DNA of 64,000 nucleotides from Candidatus Melainabacteria bacterium 17Bon1m (GCA_032128875.1 JAVLKG010000007.1:288001-352000), one strand, 5' to 3'. Shown: positions 10,459 through 19,723, counted from the stretch's first letter. The notes: generated from the sequence alone by a model not told the origin. Numbers and translations: made by a program.

Positions 10459-10640
10459 CATGTACTCCGAAAAAAACTGGTTTTTCGGAGTACATGCTTT
10501 TGTGAGATTGGGCGCTGGTAAGGCTTTTGGTAATCGGCTTTTTTGAGCGCGCCCGCATAGATTTTTGGATTGTCAGCCTGTGGGCGTCTTAGGCTCGCGC
10601 ATCCACTCCGAAAAACCGGGATTTTTCGGAGTGGATGCGC
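10459..10640. repeat. Paired palindromes CTCCGAAAAA-N6-TTTTTCGGAG, copy 1
   Basis: Perfect 16-bp stem at 10459-10496 and 19-bp stem at 10597-10640; a related pair lies at 56598-56758. Confidence 0.8.
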
Positions 10641-10692
10641 ATATCTAAATCCAGAGGGCATAAGTTAACTAAGCTGCTTGGGGTGACCCAAA

Positions 10693-11682
10693 ATGGTTTC
10701 TGAAAAACTTACAGAGTATTCGGTAAACGTAATGGCGTTGGCGCGCATGGAAGCCGAACGCACCGGCAGCGCGAGTGTTGATGTTGAACATATTTTTTTG
10801 GGTCTGCTAGGCGAGGCGTATGGTGTTGCGTCTGAGGTGTTGCGCAAGAATGGACTTCAATTGCACGGTGTTCGAGAGCAAATGTGCGAACAAACAAAAG
10901 AAGAACGTTTGGCTCAAAAAGGCAATTATTCTTTCAGCATTAAAGCTGCGAAAATCCTCAATTCTGCGCTTGAATTTGCGGTTCAAATGGAGAATGAAAA
11001 CATAGACACAGAGCACCTCTTGCTTGCTGTTCTTGCGGAAAAGAATTGGAAAGTTCAGAGAATATTTGACGACTTTGGGGTTGACGCAAATAGGTTGCGC
11101 AGTGATGTTGGGAAGGTTGTGCATGAGCGAGAGTTGAATCCGGCATCCGCTGAGGATGCTGGTTTTGAAGAAGCGCCTCGCAAGAAGAGAGCAATATCTC
11201 CGACCGCGGAGTATTCTTGGCCTTCTACAACGCCGATGTTCTCTCACTTTAATGACTCTGCGATTAAAGTGGTTATGAGGGCGCAAGAAGAAGCAAGGCG
11301 CCTCGGCCACAATTTTGTTGGTACGGAGCAGCTATTGCTTGGTGTTATACCGGACAATGGTTTAGCGGGTAAAGTATTTCGAGATTTAGGCATCACCCTT
11401 ATTGCTGCTCGTCGTGAAGTTGAGAAAATCATCGGACACGGTTCTGGTTTTGTTGCTGTAGAAATACCTTTCACTCCGCGTGCCAAGGGGCTTTTGGTCG
11501 GTGCAATAGACGAAGCTCGCAGTCGTGGTTCTGAAATAATCGGAGCAGAACATATTTTGCTGTCGTTACTCGCCGAGGAAAATTGTGTTAGTACTCATGT
11601 CTTGCAAAATCTAGATGTGGACGCTGGAAAAGCCCGTGGAAACTTGCACAATGCTATGCGACGACCTGTTGTGGATGAGTGA
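10693..11682 (+). CDS. Stand-alone Clp N-terminal-domain protein (two double Clp-N modules)
   Basis: [21 protein letters not shown] and [16 protein letters not shown]; no Walker A/B. Confidence 0.9.
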   Translation: MVSEKLTEYSVNVMALARMEAERTGSASVDVEHIFLGLLGEAYGVASEVLRKNGLQLHGVREQMCEQTKEERLAQKGNYSFSIKAAKILNSALEFAVQMENENIDTEHLLLAVLAEKNWKVQRIFDDFGVDANRLRSDVGKVVHERELNPASAEDAGFEEAPRKKRAISPTAEYSWPSTTPMFSHFNDSAIKVVMRAQEEARRLGHNFVGTEQLLLGVIPDNGLAGKVFRDLGITLIAARREVEKIIGHGSGFVAVEIPFTPRAKGLLVGAIDEARSRGSEIIGAEHILLSLLAEENCVSTHVLQNLDVDAGKARGNLHNAMRRPVVDE

Positions 11683-11686
11683 CTCA

Positions 11687-12526
11687 ATGTTCGATAAATT
11701 CAGCAAGGATGCAATTAAAGTGGTCATGCAAGCGCTTGATGAGGCGCGCGTGTTTAAGCACAAAGAAGTAGGATCAGAGCATCTGCTTCTGGGTGTTTTC
11801 GCCTTTTGTGGCGATTCTATTTCGAAGGGTTTTCCGTACCTGGAAGGTGTCGATCTCGATCAACTGCGTGATGCAGTTAGAAATGTGAATCCGAAGGGCT
11901 CCAAAGCTAGCCCCGCCGAGCTTCCATTTAGTGACGAAGCCAAGGAGATACTCGTAAGTGCTTATCAAAAGTCTGGTCACAGCTTGATTTACTCACGACA
12001 CATTTTACTTTCGATGCTTGATAAGCAGAATAGTGTTGGAGTAAAGGTTCTCGAAATGCTTGGCGTTGACCTGGCTCCAGGAGCCGGGGGAAGCGAAGAC
12101 GAGCAGTCCGCAGCTGTCCTTAAATGTGCTCGGGAGGAGGCTCGAAGACTCGGACACAATTTTGTAGGTACTGAGCAGATTTTGCTCGGATTGATACTTT
12201 GCAGGGGAAGTGTCGGCGCGGTTTTAAGTAGGTTTGGAATTGAGGTTGGGTGGGCTCGACAAGAAGTCGAAAAGATCATTGGTCGCGGCTCTGGTTTTGT
12301 GTCCGTCGAAATTCCATTCACTCCGCGAGCCAGGAAAGTGCTGGAATTTGCCTGGGATGAGGCTCGTCAACTAGGACACAATTACATTGGAAATGAACAT
12401 TTGATGCTTGGGATTCTTCGTGATGATACCAGCGTTGCGGCTCAGATTTTGAAAGCGGCTCAAGTCAACACCGAGGAATTAAGAGCTGCTATCCTTGCTC
12501 TTTTCGATCAGCCAGAGGAAGCGTGA
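11687..12526 (+). CDS. Stand-alone Clp N-terminal-domain protein
   Basis: MFDKFSKDAIKV..., [54 protein letters not shown]. Start chosen by analogy with the next paralog; alternative at 11675. Confidence 0.9.
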   Translation: MFDKFSKDAIKVVMQALDEARVFKHKEVGSEHLLLGVFAFCGDSISKGFPYLEGVDLDQLRDAVRNVNPKGSKASPAELPFSDEAKEILVSAYQKSGHSLIYSRHILLSMLDKQNSVGVKVLEMLGVDLAPGAGGSEDEQSAAVLKCAREEARRLGHNFVGTEQILLGLILCRGSVGAVLSRFGIEVGWARQEVEKIIGRGSGFVSVEIPFTPRARKVLEFAWDEARQLGHNYIGNEHLMLGILRDDTSVAAQILKAAQVNTEELRAAILALFDQPEEA

Positions 12527-12535
12527 GGCGATTCC

Positions 12536-13444
12536 GTGTTCGATAAATTTAGCAAGGATGCAATCAAAGTGATTATGCAAGCGCAGGAAGAAGCGCGCAT
12601 GCTGAAACAGCAAGAAGTAGGTTGCGAGCATTTGCTACTGGGAGCTTTTGCTTCTGAAGTGGATTGTTTGCCTGTAGAGTCTGCCAACTCTCGTGACGGT
12701 ACCCTAGAGAAACTTAGGGCTTCGTTTTCGCAACGAGTGAAGAAGGGCGCCAAGCCTAGCCCGAAAGAATTACCGTTTGACGATGATGCAAAGCGCGTGC
12801 TAGTCAGTGCGTATCAAATTTCAGGGCACAAAACGATTTGTGCAAGTCACATTTTTCTGGCGCTGTTTGATTTTCCAGCAATACTGAATGTCTTTCGCGA
12901 TACGAAAATTGACGCGAACGAGTTGCGCTACGCCCTGGTTTATCAAACGCAATTCCACGGGGGGCTGCAAGTTGTTGATGGTTCCTCTGTTTCGCAGCAA
13001 GAAGCCATGGAGCTCTGTCGAGATATCTCAGATGTGATTAGCTTTGCAGTTGCTGAAAGACATAATTTCAAGCAGAAGCATTTGAGTTCTGAGCTCCTTT
13101 TGCTTGGACTTATTCATGCTGGTGGCATGCCCGCTAAAATTTTGGAGAACGCTGGAGTTACGCTGGATTCGGCGCGCGAGCATTTTGTGAAACTGATTGG
13201 TGAAGCTGCTGAACCAGCAGTGGTGGAAGTAAAACTGCAGTTTACTCCGCGTGCCAAGAAGCTATTGCACAATGCCAAGGAAGAAGCGTTTCAGTTGGGA
13301 CAGGATAAACTGAAAGGACTGCACCTTTTGCTCGGATTCACCCATGAGCAAGATGGTGTTGCTTGGCAAGTCTTGCGAGAAAATGGCGTAGATTTAGCAG
13401 CATTGCGAGCGTCTGTGCTAGCTTTATTTGAGGAGACACGTTAG
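12536..13444 (+). CDS. Stand-alone Clp N-terminal-domain protein
   Basis: MFDKFSKDAIKVIMQAQEEAR...EHLLLG and FTPRAKKLL; 5' end nearly identical in DNA to the gene at 11687. Confidence 0.88.
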   Translation: MFDKFSKDAIKVIMQAQEEARMLKQQEVGCEHLLLGAFASEVDCLPVESANSRDGTLEKLRASFSQRVKKGAKPSPKELPFDDDAKRVLVSAYQISGHKTICASHIFLALFDFPAILNVFRDTKIDANELRYALVYQTQFHGGLQVVDGSSVSQQEAMELCRDISDVISFAVAERHNFKQKHLSSELLLLGLIHAGGMPAKILENAGVTLDSAREHFVKLIGEAAEPAVVEVKLQFTPRAKKLLHNAKEEAFQLGQDKLKGLHLLLGFTHEQDGVAWQVLRENGVDLAALRASVLALFEETR

Positions 13445-13455
13445 GGATTTCGCTG

Positions 13456-13905
13456 GTGTTAAAAAACTACACTGAAAGAGCTACATACTCGATTCGGCGG
13501 GCTGAGGAAGAGTCGCGTAAGATGCGACATAACTACATCGGCACTGGCATGATTCTTCTTGGAATTTTGGAAGAAGGCGGCGCGGCAAGTCGGCTACTCA
13601 ATAGTTTTGGTATTACCTACGCGGCTGCACATGAAGAGCTTGAAGCGCTCATTGGGCGAGGCTCTGGTAATCTCGCGGCTGACATTCCGTTTTCACCAAA
13701 TGCGCAAGAGGCACTGGCATTTGCGCGCAAAGAAGCAGAGTCTCGAGAGATAAAAGATGTCGCTGTTCCGCATCTGCTTTATGCGTTGCTGCATGGTAAA
13801 GATACAATGGCTATGCGCGTTTTCGATGTGATGGGAATCAACTTTGATGTGATCAGAAAAAAGGTTGCTGAAGAACTCGATAAGAATTACGGCTCGCGAA
13901 ATTAG
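13456..13905 (+). CDS. Stand-alone Clp N-terminal-domain protein (one double module)
   Basis: YTERA...AEEESRKMRHNYIGTGMILLG, GRGSG..DIPFSPNA, PHLLYALL. Confidence 0.88.
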   Translation: MLKNYTERATYSIRRAEEESRKMRHNYIGTGMILLGILEEGGAASRLLNSFGITYAAAHEELEALIGRGSGNLAADIPFSPNAQEALAFARKEAESREIKDVAVPHLLYALLHGKDTMAMRVFDVMGINFDVIRKKVAEELDKNYGSRN

Positions 13906-13925
13906 TTCGTTCGCGACTTCTTATT

Positions 13926-14195
13926 CTATTTCTTCCGGTCGAACTCTTGATAGGCTGCGCTGTCATTACGGTTTCCGACGACTGTGACATACAGCACAGA
14001 CGAATCAAATCGATAGATAATGCGAAATTCTCCAACGTCTTTCCGGAAATGTTTGCCGTTTCCCATTGATATTGAATCAGTGGGACGTGGTTCATCGCAC
14101 AACTCAGTAATTGCTTTTAGTATCTGCAAAAACTGTTTGTTGTCGCGCTTTTTCAAGAAACGCATTGCGTCATTTGTTAGGTCTGGTTTTAGCAT
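13926..14195 (-). CDS. RelE/ParE-family type II toxin
   Basis: 89 aa basic protein with EPRPTDS, FRKDVGEFRIIY, VTVVGNRND; overlaps the antitoxin gene. Confidence 0.88.
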   Translation of the reverse strand: MLKPDLTNDAMRFLKKRDNKQFLQILKAITELCDEPRPTDSISMGNGKHFRKDVGEFRIIYRFDSSVLYVTVVGNRNDSAAYQEFDRKK

Positions 14196-14442
14196 CGCGA
14201 GTCAGTTTTTCCTTGATGAAACTGGCAGTCGCTTCGGTACCAATGTAACCAGTCTTTTCTGCTACTTCGATTCGTGCCAACCAATAGTCGTTTTCAAGCT
14301 GCATCAGATGCTCGTAATCGGCCTGAGCGATCATAACTGCAACAGGGCGGCCATTTTTCTCGATTGAGATTGGCTCCTTTTGTGCCGCGGCAATCGCTTC
14401 ACTCGTTTTGTTTTTTAGTTCTGTTGCGGTGATTCGTTTCAT
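14170..14442 (-). CDS. Phd/YefM-family antitoxin
   Basis: ITATELKNK...EPISIEKNGRPVAVMI signature. Confidence 0.92.
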   Translation of the reverse strand: MKRITATELKNKTSEAIAAAQKEPISIEKNGRPVAVMIAQADYEHLMQLENDYWLARIEVAEKTGYIGTEATASFIKEKLTRDAKTRPNK

Positions 14443-14482
14443 TTAAGTCGGACTATCAAGTTGCCTGTTGTGTATATATTGT

Positions 14483-14513
14483 CTATTTTGTTCAAAATAG
14501 CTATTTATGTCAA
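14483..14513 (-). promoter_or_regulatory. TA promoter with operator palindrome
   Basis: TTGACA (14513-14508) on the minus strand; CTATTTTG-tt-CAAAATAG palindrome at 14483-14500 over the predicted -10, typical of TA autorepression. Confidence 0.6.
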
Positions 14514-14579
14514 ATTTATTGCACCGCCTGACTTTTGGGGTTTAACCTGGATACTAAGCGTGATAGTAATACGAGGGGC

Positions 14580-14627
14580 AAAAAAAGAGGTGTCGCGTGT
14601 AGATTGCTCCACAAACGACACCCCTTT
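14580..14627 (-). terminator. Intrinsic terminator of the icd operon
   Basis: Minus strand GGTGTCG...CGACACC stem followed by a T7 tract. Confidence 0.65.
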
Positions 14628-14729
14628 GCCAGGTTTGGCTGAAACTCCATCAACCTGACGCTTCATGTGGTTAGTCTAAAGCGATGCGTCAGGTTGACGT
14701 GTCAGCGTGCCGAGGGCTCAGCTTGAGCT

Positions 14730-15083
14730 TTAGCCAGCATTCGCGTCCAGCTCGGCGATGAGGCGCTCGAGCTTTTCGACGCGTTTGCAAGCGGCGGTAT
14801 ACGCACCCTGCGCGGCCGCATAGCGGACGCGATAGGGATTGTGCCGATAGCCCCATTTGAAGCTCGAGTAGAGCCTCGTCATGTGGGCGCGGTGCTCGCG
14901 AGCGACTGCGCGATCGGTCTTCGCCTTGATGAGTGCCTCGCGCCGTTCGGCGGAGTTCATCGCACGGAAGCGAGCCGTTTCGGCTTCGTCAGCCTTGCGG
15001 TACTCGCGTTCGAGGTAGAAGTGAAAACCGACCAGCGCCGCTACAGGGAGCAGCGCGGCGGCGATGATGAAGATTGTGGTCAT
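14730..15083 (-). CDS. Hypothetical protein with an N-terminal membrane anchor
   Basis: Hydrophobic N-terminus, GGGAG RBS, codon style matches the operon. Confidence 0.7.
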   Translation of the reverse strand: MTTIFIIAAALLPVAALVGFHFYLEREYRKADEAETARFRAMNSAERREALIKAKTDRAVAREHRAHMTRLYSSFKWGYRHNPYRVRYAAAQGAYTAACKRVEKLERLIAELDANAG

Positions 15084-15099
15084 GTTGTTATGCTCCCGT

Positions 15100-15678
15100 T
15101 CAGAGTGTGAGTTCGTAGCAATTGAGCACGCGCTTGCGACCCTTGTACGTTCCGACCTGCTTGAAGCCGAAGCGAGGGTAGTAGGCGTTGCTGCGCATGC
15201 CGATTGGTGTCTTGAGCGCGACTTTCTCCATGCCGCGTTTACGCGACGCGGTAATCAGTTCGGTGAGGAGAAAGCTGCCGATGCCGCTGCTCTGCATGTC
15301 TTCGGCAACGCCGATTTCATGAAGAGTGGTGGCACCATCTTGGCGGTGGTAGGCGCGCAAGAAGGCGACGATGCGCCCGTCTGCGTCGACCACCACGCGA
15401 ATGCGGTGTTGCGATTTCTCGCCGTCGGCGTTTTGATTTTTCACCGCGTCTTCGACCACCACCCTCGGCAGATAGCCGAAGGATGCGCGATTGTTCTTGC
15501 TGTTGATGATCTTGCGGATGCCGACGTAGTCTTCGACCTGGGCGTCACGCACCGTCAACTTCGTCGAGATTGTCTTCGAAGCGTTAGTTGCGCCTGTCCG
15601 GATCGTCGTCGGCAGCTTGCTGCGATGGGCGATGCAGGAAGGCCCACCAGCAAGAAGTCCGAGTTTTGATTTCGCCAT
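15100..15678 (-). CDS. GNAT-family N-acetyltransferase
   Basis: LHEIGVAEDMQSSGIGSFLL (motif A) and SNAYYPRFGF (motif B); AGAGGAG RBS. Confidence 0.88.
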   Translation of the reverse strand: MAKSKLGLLAGGPSCIAHRSKLPTTIRTGATNASKTISTKLTVRDAQVEDYVGIRKIINSKNNRASFGYLPRVVVEDAVKNQNADGEKSQHRIRVVVDADGRIVAFLRAYHRQDGATTLHEIGVAEDMQSSGIGSFLLTELITASRKRGMEKVALKTPIGMRSNAYYPRFGFKQVGTYKGRKRVLNCYELTL

Positions 15679-15693
15679 TGTCGTCTCCTCTGG

Positions 15694-16332
15694 TTAGCCT
15701 TCGAGCGCCGCTGCGAGCATGCGGTCGTAGGTGACGCGCCGTTCGTAGTCCGTCTTGGGCGGGTTGTAGGGCAGCGCATCCGTGTAGATACGGGCGAAGT
15801 CGCCGGCTTGCGCCTTGCGAATTCGAGCGTTCCACACCTTGATGAGCTGGGCGGCGCAGGCGTCGGGCAGCGGTTCGCGGCGAGTGCGAAACTTGCTGGC
15901 GAAGCGACCCATCCAGCCGTTGCGGCGGACGTTCTCGAAGATTTGAACAATCTCGGGCACGTCGCTCACGCCGGCGGTGCTGATGATGAAGGGCGCCTTC
16001 TCATAGCGGAACGGCATGGTGCTGCCGTTTGCGCCGGGGGCGTCGGAATTTTGTGCGACTTGCCAGCGAATCTCGCTGCGATCGGAGTAGGGAAACGGTG
16101 TCACCGGCGGTGTCAGGTAAACCAGCTTGAAGCCGGCGTCACCACCCTGGACAAACGCGATGCGAGCGCCTTTCAGCTCGTGCACCTTCTTGGGGTGCAT
16201 GAGGTTGGTCTTGTGGCATCCGGTCAAACCGAAGCTGCCGAATTCCCAAAAGGGATCCGAGCGCATCTCGGTGGGGCGCTCCATGTGCGGCTGCCGGAGC
16301 AGCGCGACGAGCACTGTCTGCTTCTTGGGCAT
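15694..16332 (-). CDS. Conserved-looking hypothetical protein, possibly nucleotide-modification-associated (Nmad2/3-like)
   Basis: RSDPFWEFGSFGLTGCH...LKGARIAFVQGG; GGAG RBS before the ATG at 16332. The family resemblance is tentative. Confidence 0.55.
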   Translation of the reverse strand: MPKKQTVLVALLRQPHMERPTEMRSDPFWEFGSFGLTGCHKTNLMHPKKVHELKGARIAFVQGGDAGFKLVYLTPPVTPFPYSDRSEIRWQVAQNSDAPGANGSTMPFRYEKAPFIISTAGVSDVPEIVQIFENVRRNGWMGRFASKFRTRREPLPDACAAQLIKVWNARIRKAQAGDFARIYTDALPYNPPKTDYERRVTYDRMLAAALEG

Positions 16333-16435
16333 GTTTCTCTCCATGAGTTTGTTATGAAAGGAGAGCCACCGCGACTTAACGCGATGGCTCTCGGTTACTT
16401 AGACAAACCGCACAGAGAGGCGCTCTGCGCGATTA

Positions 16436-17989
16436 CTACGCTTCTTTGGCGGCGTTTTCGCCCACCTTCTCCACCTTCTCGGCGACCTTCTCGGCGACGA
16501 TGACGCCGGTCGTGTCCGGGAATGGCACCGCCGCACCGAGCTTTCCGTCTGCATCTTCGAGCAGCCAGCAGTGCCCGTTGTAGCGGTTTTCCTCGATCCA
16601 CGGATTGAGGTAGCTGTCGCAGTGCACGACTTTGTAGCCGAGCGCGACCAGCTCTTTGTGCCATTCGTCGGTGGTCCAGACGCCGAACTCCTCGTTGACT
16701 TCCATCGCCCAGTTGGCGAGGTAGTCTTTCTTCGAGAGGAATTCGTTGGCTTCGTGCAGCGTCATGCGGAAGTGCGTGACGCCGTCGAAGACTCGCTCGT
16801 CGTAAGCGAAGCCGGGTTTCGCCGACTTGCCTTTGAACTCGCGGGCGAACTTGCGGAAGCGCTCCTCGAGTTCTGCGTCCTTGCAACGCAGCCAAACAAG
16901 GCGGTCGCCGTTTTCTGGTTTCACACCATCGCGAATGATGATGCGCCCACCCACCATCAGTTCCAACCAGGCGTTCTTCAACGCCAGCCGGATCTGGTCA
17001 CGGTCGTAGCCGTTGTACGAGTACACCTCGTGCATGACCGACGAGAAGATGATGGTCGACACCGTCCCTTCAGCGAAGCGCTTGTGGATGATGTTGCCCA
17101 TCACAACTGCGACGTTGTGGTTGGGATAATGCTGACCTTCCGAGCGGTGCAGCAGGTCACGCGACAGGTCCATGCCGACGATCTGCGCCTTCGGATAGAG
17201 GTTCGACAGATGAATCAGCAGGGTGCCAGTGCCGCAGCCTTTGTCGACGATGTAGCCGCCGACAATCCAGGGGCAAATGTCCTGAATCTTCACCGATAAG
17301 CTGGCGTCCATGCCCTCGCTGTAGACGGCGAAGTCACGACCGTGCGACAGTTCGCCGTCGTCGTTGAGCAGCACGTCGCTGAAGAGCGTAGCGATACGCT
17401 CTTCGACTTGGTGGCTTTCGAAGACCGCAGCAGTCTCTGCCGTTGCCAGCTTTCGCCAGTCGCCGCGAGTCGCCACTGCCTGAAGCAGGTCGATGGGCAG
17501 CTTGCCGGCGGTGCTGGGCACGATCGCCTTGTAACCCGCTTTGGCGAAGTGCTTGTTGACGTCCGCGTTGGACGAGACGAGCACCGTGTTGGCGGGCGTG
17601 AGGACGGTCGTTTCGTCCGACTCCGACTTCACGACGTCGCAGATGTGCGCCGTCCAAGCCAGTGAATCGGGGATATCCGCGGCAGCATGGATTTCGTACG
17701 GGCGCCCGAGCTTCTTCGCGAAGCCCTCAGCGATGAGCTTGCGCTCGTTGCTGTAGAGCGGGTGCCGCTTGGTGCCGCCTTGCCCGTCCGCCGTGATGAC
17801 GAAGACCAGCTTGCCGGGAACGTGCTTGAGGGCACGCTTGAGCGAGCGTTCCTGGTCTTTGGTGACGCCATGCCAGCGTCCCACGAGGAGCAGATACTCG
17901 GGCTTCACGCCGAGGGCTGCGGTTATCGCCGTGCCGAGAGCTCCCTTCGGAGCGGGTCGGGGCGATTTCTTTACATGAGTCGTGCGCAT
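16436..17989 (-). CDS. Fusion of a degenerate NMNAT/cytidylyltransferase-like domain and a class I SAM methyltransferase
   Basis: N: LLVGRWHGVTKDQ...TKRHPLYSNERK...DIP..AW. C: IVDKGCGTG, VGMDLS, FSSVMHEVYSY, GGRIIIRDG. GGAG RBS before 17989. Confidence 0.8.
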   Translation of the reverse strand: MRTTHVKKSPRPAPKGALGTAITAALGVKPEYLLLVGRWHGVTKDQERSLKRALKHVPGKLVFVITADGQGGTKRHPLYSNERKLIAEGFAKKLGRPYEIHAAADIPDSLAWTAHICDVVKSESDETTVLTPANTVLVSSNADVNKHFAKAGYKAIVPSTAGKLPIDLLQAVATRGDWRKLATAETAAVFESHQVEERIATLFSDVLLNDDGELSHGRDFAVYSEGMDASLSVKIQDICPWIVGGYIVDKGCGTGTLLIHLSNLYPKAQIVGMDLSRDLLHRSEGQHYPNHNVAVVMGNIIHKRFAEGTVSTIIFSSVMHEVYSYNGYDRDQIRLALKNAWLELMVGGRIIIRDGVKPENGDRLVWLRCKDAELEERFRKFAREFKGKSAKPGFAYDERVFDGVTHFRMTLHEANEFLSKKDYLANWAMEVNEEFGVWTTDEWHKELVALGYKVVHCDSYLNPWIEENRYNGHCWLLEDADGKLGAAVPFPDTTGVIVAEKVAEKVEKVGENAAKEA

Positions 17990-18137
17990 AGTTTTTCTCC
18001 TGCAAAGGAATACGGCATTTTCGTGCCGAATTAGACACGACACCGATGGAGCAAATTCATCGCTGAACTTGCAACCATCGGGTCGTATCCGGTGGTCGTC
18101 CTGGCGGACCTGACGACCACCCGGTCGCAGGCTCGCC

Positions 18138-19448
18138 TTACTTGCGAATCGCCTTCTTGCCCTTCAGCGCGGCTTCCACCGTGCGTCGGGTCGGCTTCAC
18201 CATGTTGGCGATGACCGCGTCCGTGAACTTCACCGTGCCGACCTGGTTGCCGTTCTTCATGAACCGCGCCAGATCTCCGGTGGCAGTCTTCGAACGCAGC
18301 GTCTTCTCGATGGCGCGAGTGACGCACACGGCGGCCTCGTCCCAGTCGATGTACTCCAGCATCATGACGCCGGAGAGGGTGAGCGAGCAGGGGTTCGAGA
18401 TACCCTTGCCGGCGATGTCGGGCGCGGTGCCGTGCGTGGCTTCGAACATGGCGCTCTTGGCGCCGATGTTGGCGCCCGGAGCGATGCCCAGTCCGCCCAC
18501 TTGACCGGCTGCGTCGTCCGAGATGTAGTCGCCGTTGAGGTTCGTGGTCGCGATGACCGAGAACTGAGTCGGCTTGCAGAGCAGCTCGTAGAACGTGGCG
18601 TCGGCGATGCGGTGGTTGAGCAGGATCTTGCCTTCCGGCAGCTTGCCGCCATGCACCTTCCAGAGGTCGTCCTCCGACACCATGATGTCGCCGAACTCCT
18701 CAGCCGCAAGCTCCAGACCCCACTTCAGGAACGCGCCTTCGGTGTGCTTCTGGATGTTGCCCTTGTGTACGATGGTCACGACTTTGCGGCCATGGTCGAT
18801 GGCGAACTCGATTGCTGCACGCACGATGCGGCGCGAAGCATACTTCGAAATCGGCTTGATGCCGATGCCGGAGTCTTCGCGGATTTCGTGACCGTACTTG
18901 CGAGCAACGGCGATGATCTCTCGCGCGCCTTCGGAGCCGGCCTCGAACTCGATGCCCGCATACACGTCTTCCGTGTTCTCGCGGAAGATGACCACGTCCA
19001 GGTCCTGCGGGCGCTTCACCACGGACACGATGCCCTTGAAGTAGCGCACAGGACGGACGCAGCTGTACCAGTCGAAGTGCTGGCGCATGGTCACGTTCAG
19101 GCTGCGGATGCCGCCGCCGGTGGGTGTGCCGAGTGGTCCCTTCATGCCGATGCCGTAGTAGTCGAGCATCTCCAGGGTTTCGGCCGGCAGGGGGCTGCCG
19201 AACTTCGCCACTGCTGCGTCACCAGCGTAAGCCGGCAACCAGGTGATGCTTCGTTTGTCGCCATAGCATTTCGCCACGGCGGCGTTGATGATGCGACGAG
19301 TCGCTTCCGAGATTTCCGAGCCGATGCCATCGCCGTCGATGAACGGAATGATGGGGCGGGTCGGTTTCACGGCTTTGCCGTCCACGAGCTGGATGATTTC
19401 ACCAGCCGGGGCGGGCTCGCCGTAGAACTTTCTGACAGGTTTTGACAT
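18138..19448 (-). CDS. icd: Isocitrate dehydrogenase (homodimeric, E. coli-type)
   Basis: IPFIDGDGIG, KGPLGTPTGGGIRSLNV, FRENTEDVYAGIE, VHKGNI, NLNGDYISD, FEATHGTAP. Confidence 0.95.
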   Translation of the reverse strand: MSKPVRKFYGEPAPAGEIIQLVDGKAVKPTRPIIPFIDGDGIGSEISEATRRIINAAVAKCYGDKRSITWLPAYAGDAAVAKFGSPLPAETLEMLDYYGIGMKGPLGTPTGGGIRSLNVTMRQHFDWYSCVRPVRYFKGIVSVVKRPQDLDVVIFRENTEDVYAGIEFEAGSEGAREIIAVARKYGHEIREDSGIGIKPISKYASRRIVRAAIEFAIDHGRKVVTIVHKGNIQKHTEGAFLKWGLELAAEEFGDIMVSEDDLWKVHGGKLPEGKILLNHRIADATFYELLCKPTQFSVIATTNLNGDYISDDAAGQVGGLGIAPGANIGAKSAMFEATHGTAPDIAGKGISNPCSLTLSGVMMLEYIDWDEAAVCVTRAIEKTLRSKTATGDLARFMKNGNQVGTVKFTDAVIANMVKPTRRTVEAALKGKKAIRK

Positions 19449-19671
19449 TTTTCGGACTCCTTTCGTCAGAGTTTTTCAACGAAGAACAGTTGGTCCGTTG
19501 TGACTCGCGTAAGGACGCGCGAGCTGAACAACGGACCGGACAGGCTTTCAGCTAATGGTCGATAGTCAACGCTCGGAGGAATACCCGAGAGAATTGCCGA
19601 AACGATGGTTGGGACTACGTTGTCGGTGTTTGTCTGACTAAAAGCTCCAAGAGTTGAAAGAAAAGAGATAC

Positions 19672-19723
19672 AGCTATGACCCTAGTAGGTTTTAGGCAAT
19701 GTCAAGCAATGCTTATTGCCTAA
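19672..19723 (-). promoter_or_regulatory. Putative icd-operon promoter TTGACA-N17-GGGTCATAGC with an overlapping inverted repeat
   Basis: TTGACA at 19705-19700; TTAGGCAAT-N14-ATTGCCTAA at 19692-19723. Confidence 0.45.

Noticed and set aside
10693-13905. Full-length or fragmented clpC/clpB
   Set aside because: No Walker A/B or AAA+ sequence in the listed ORFs; each gene is an intact Clp-N-only ORF.
18432-19445. 337-aa plus-strand ORF
   Set aside because: Antisense shadow of icd.
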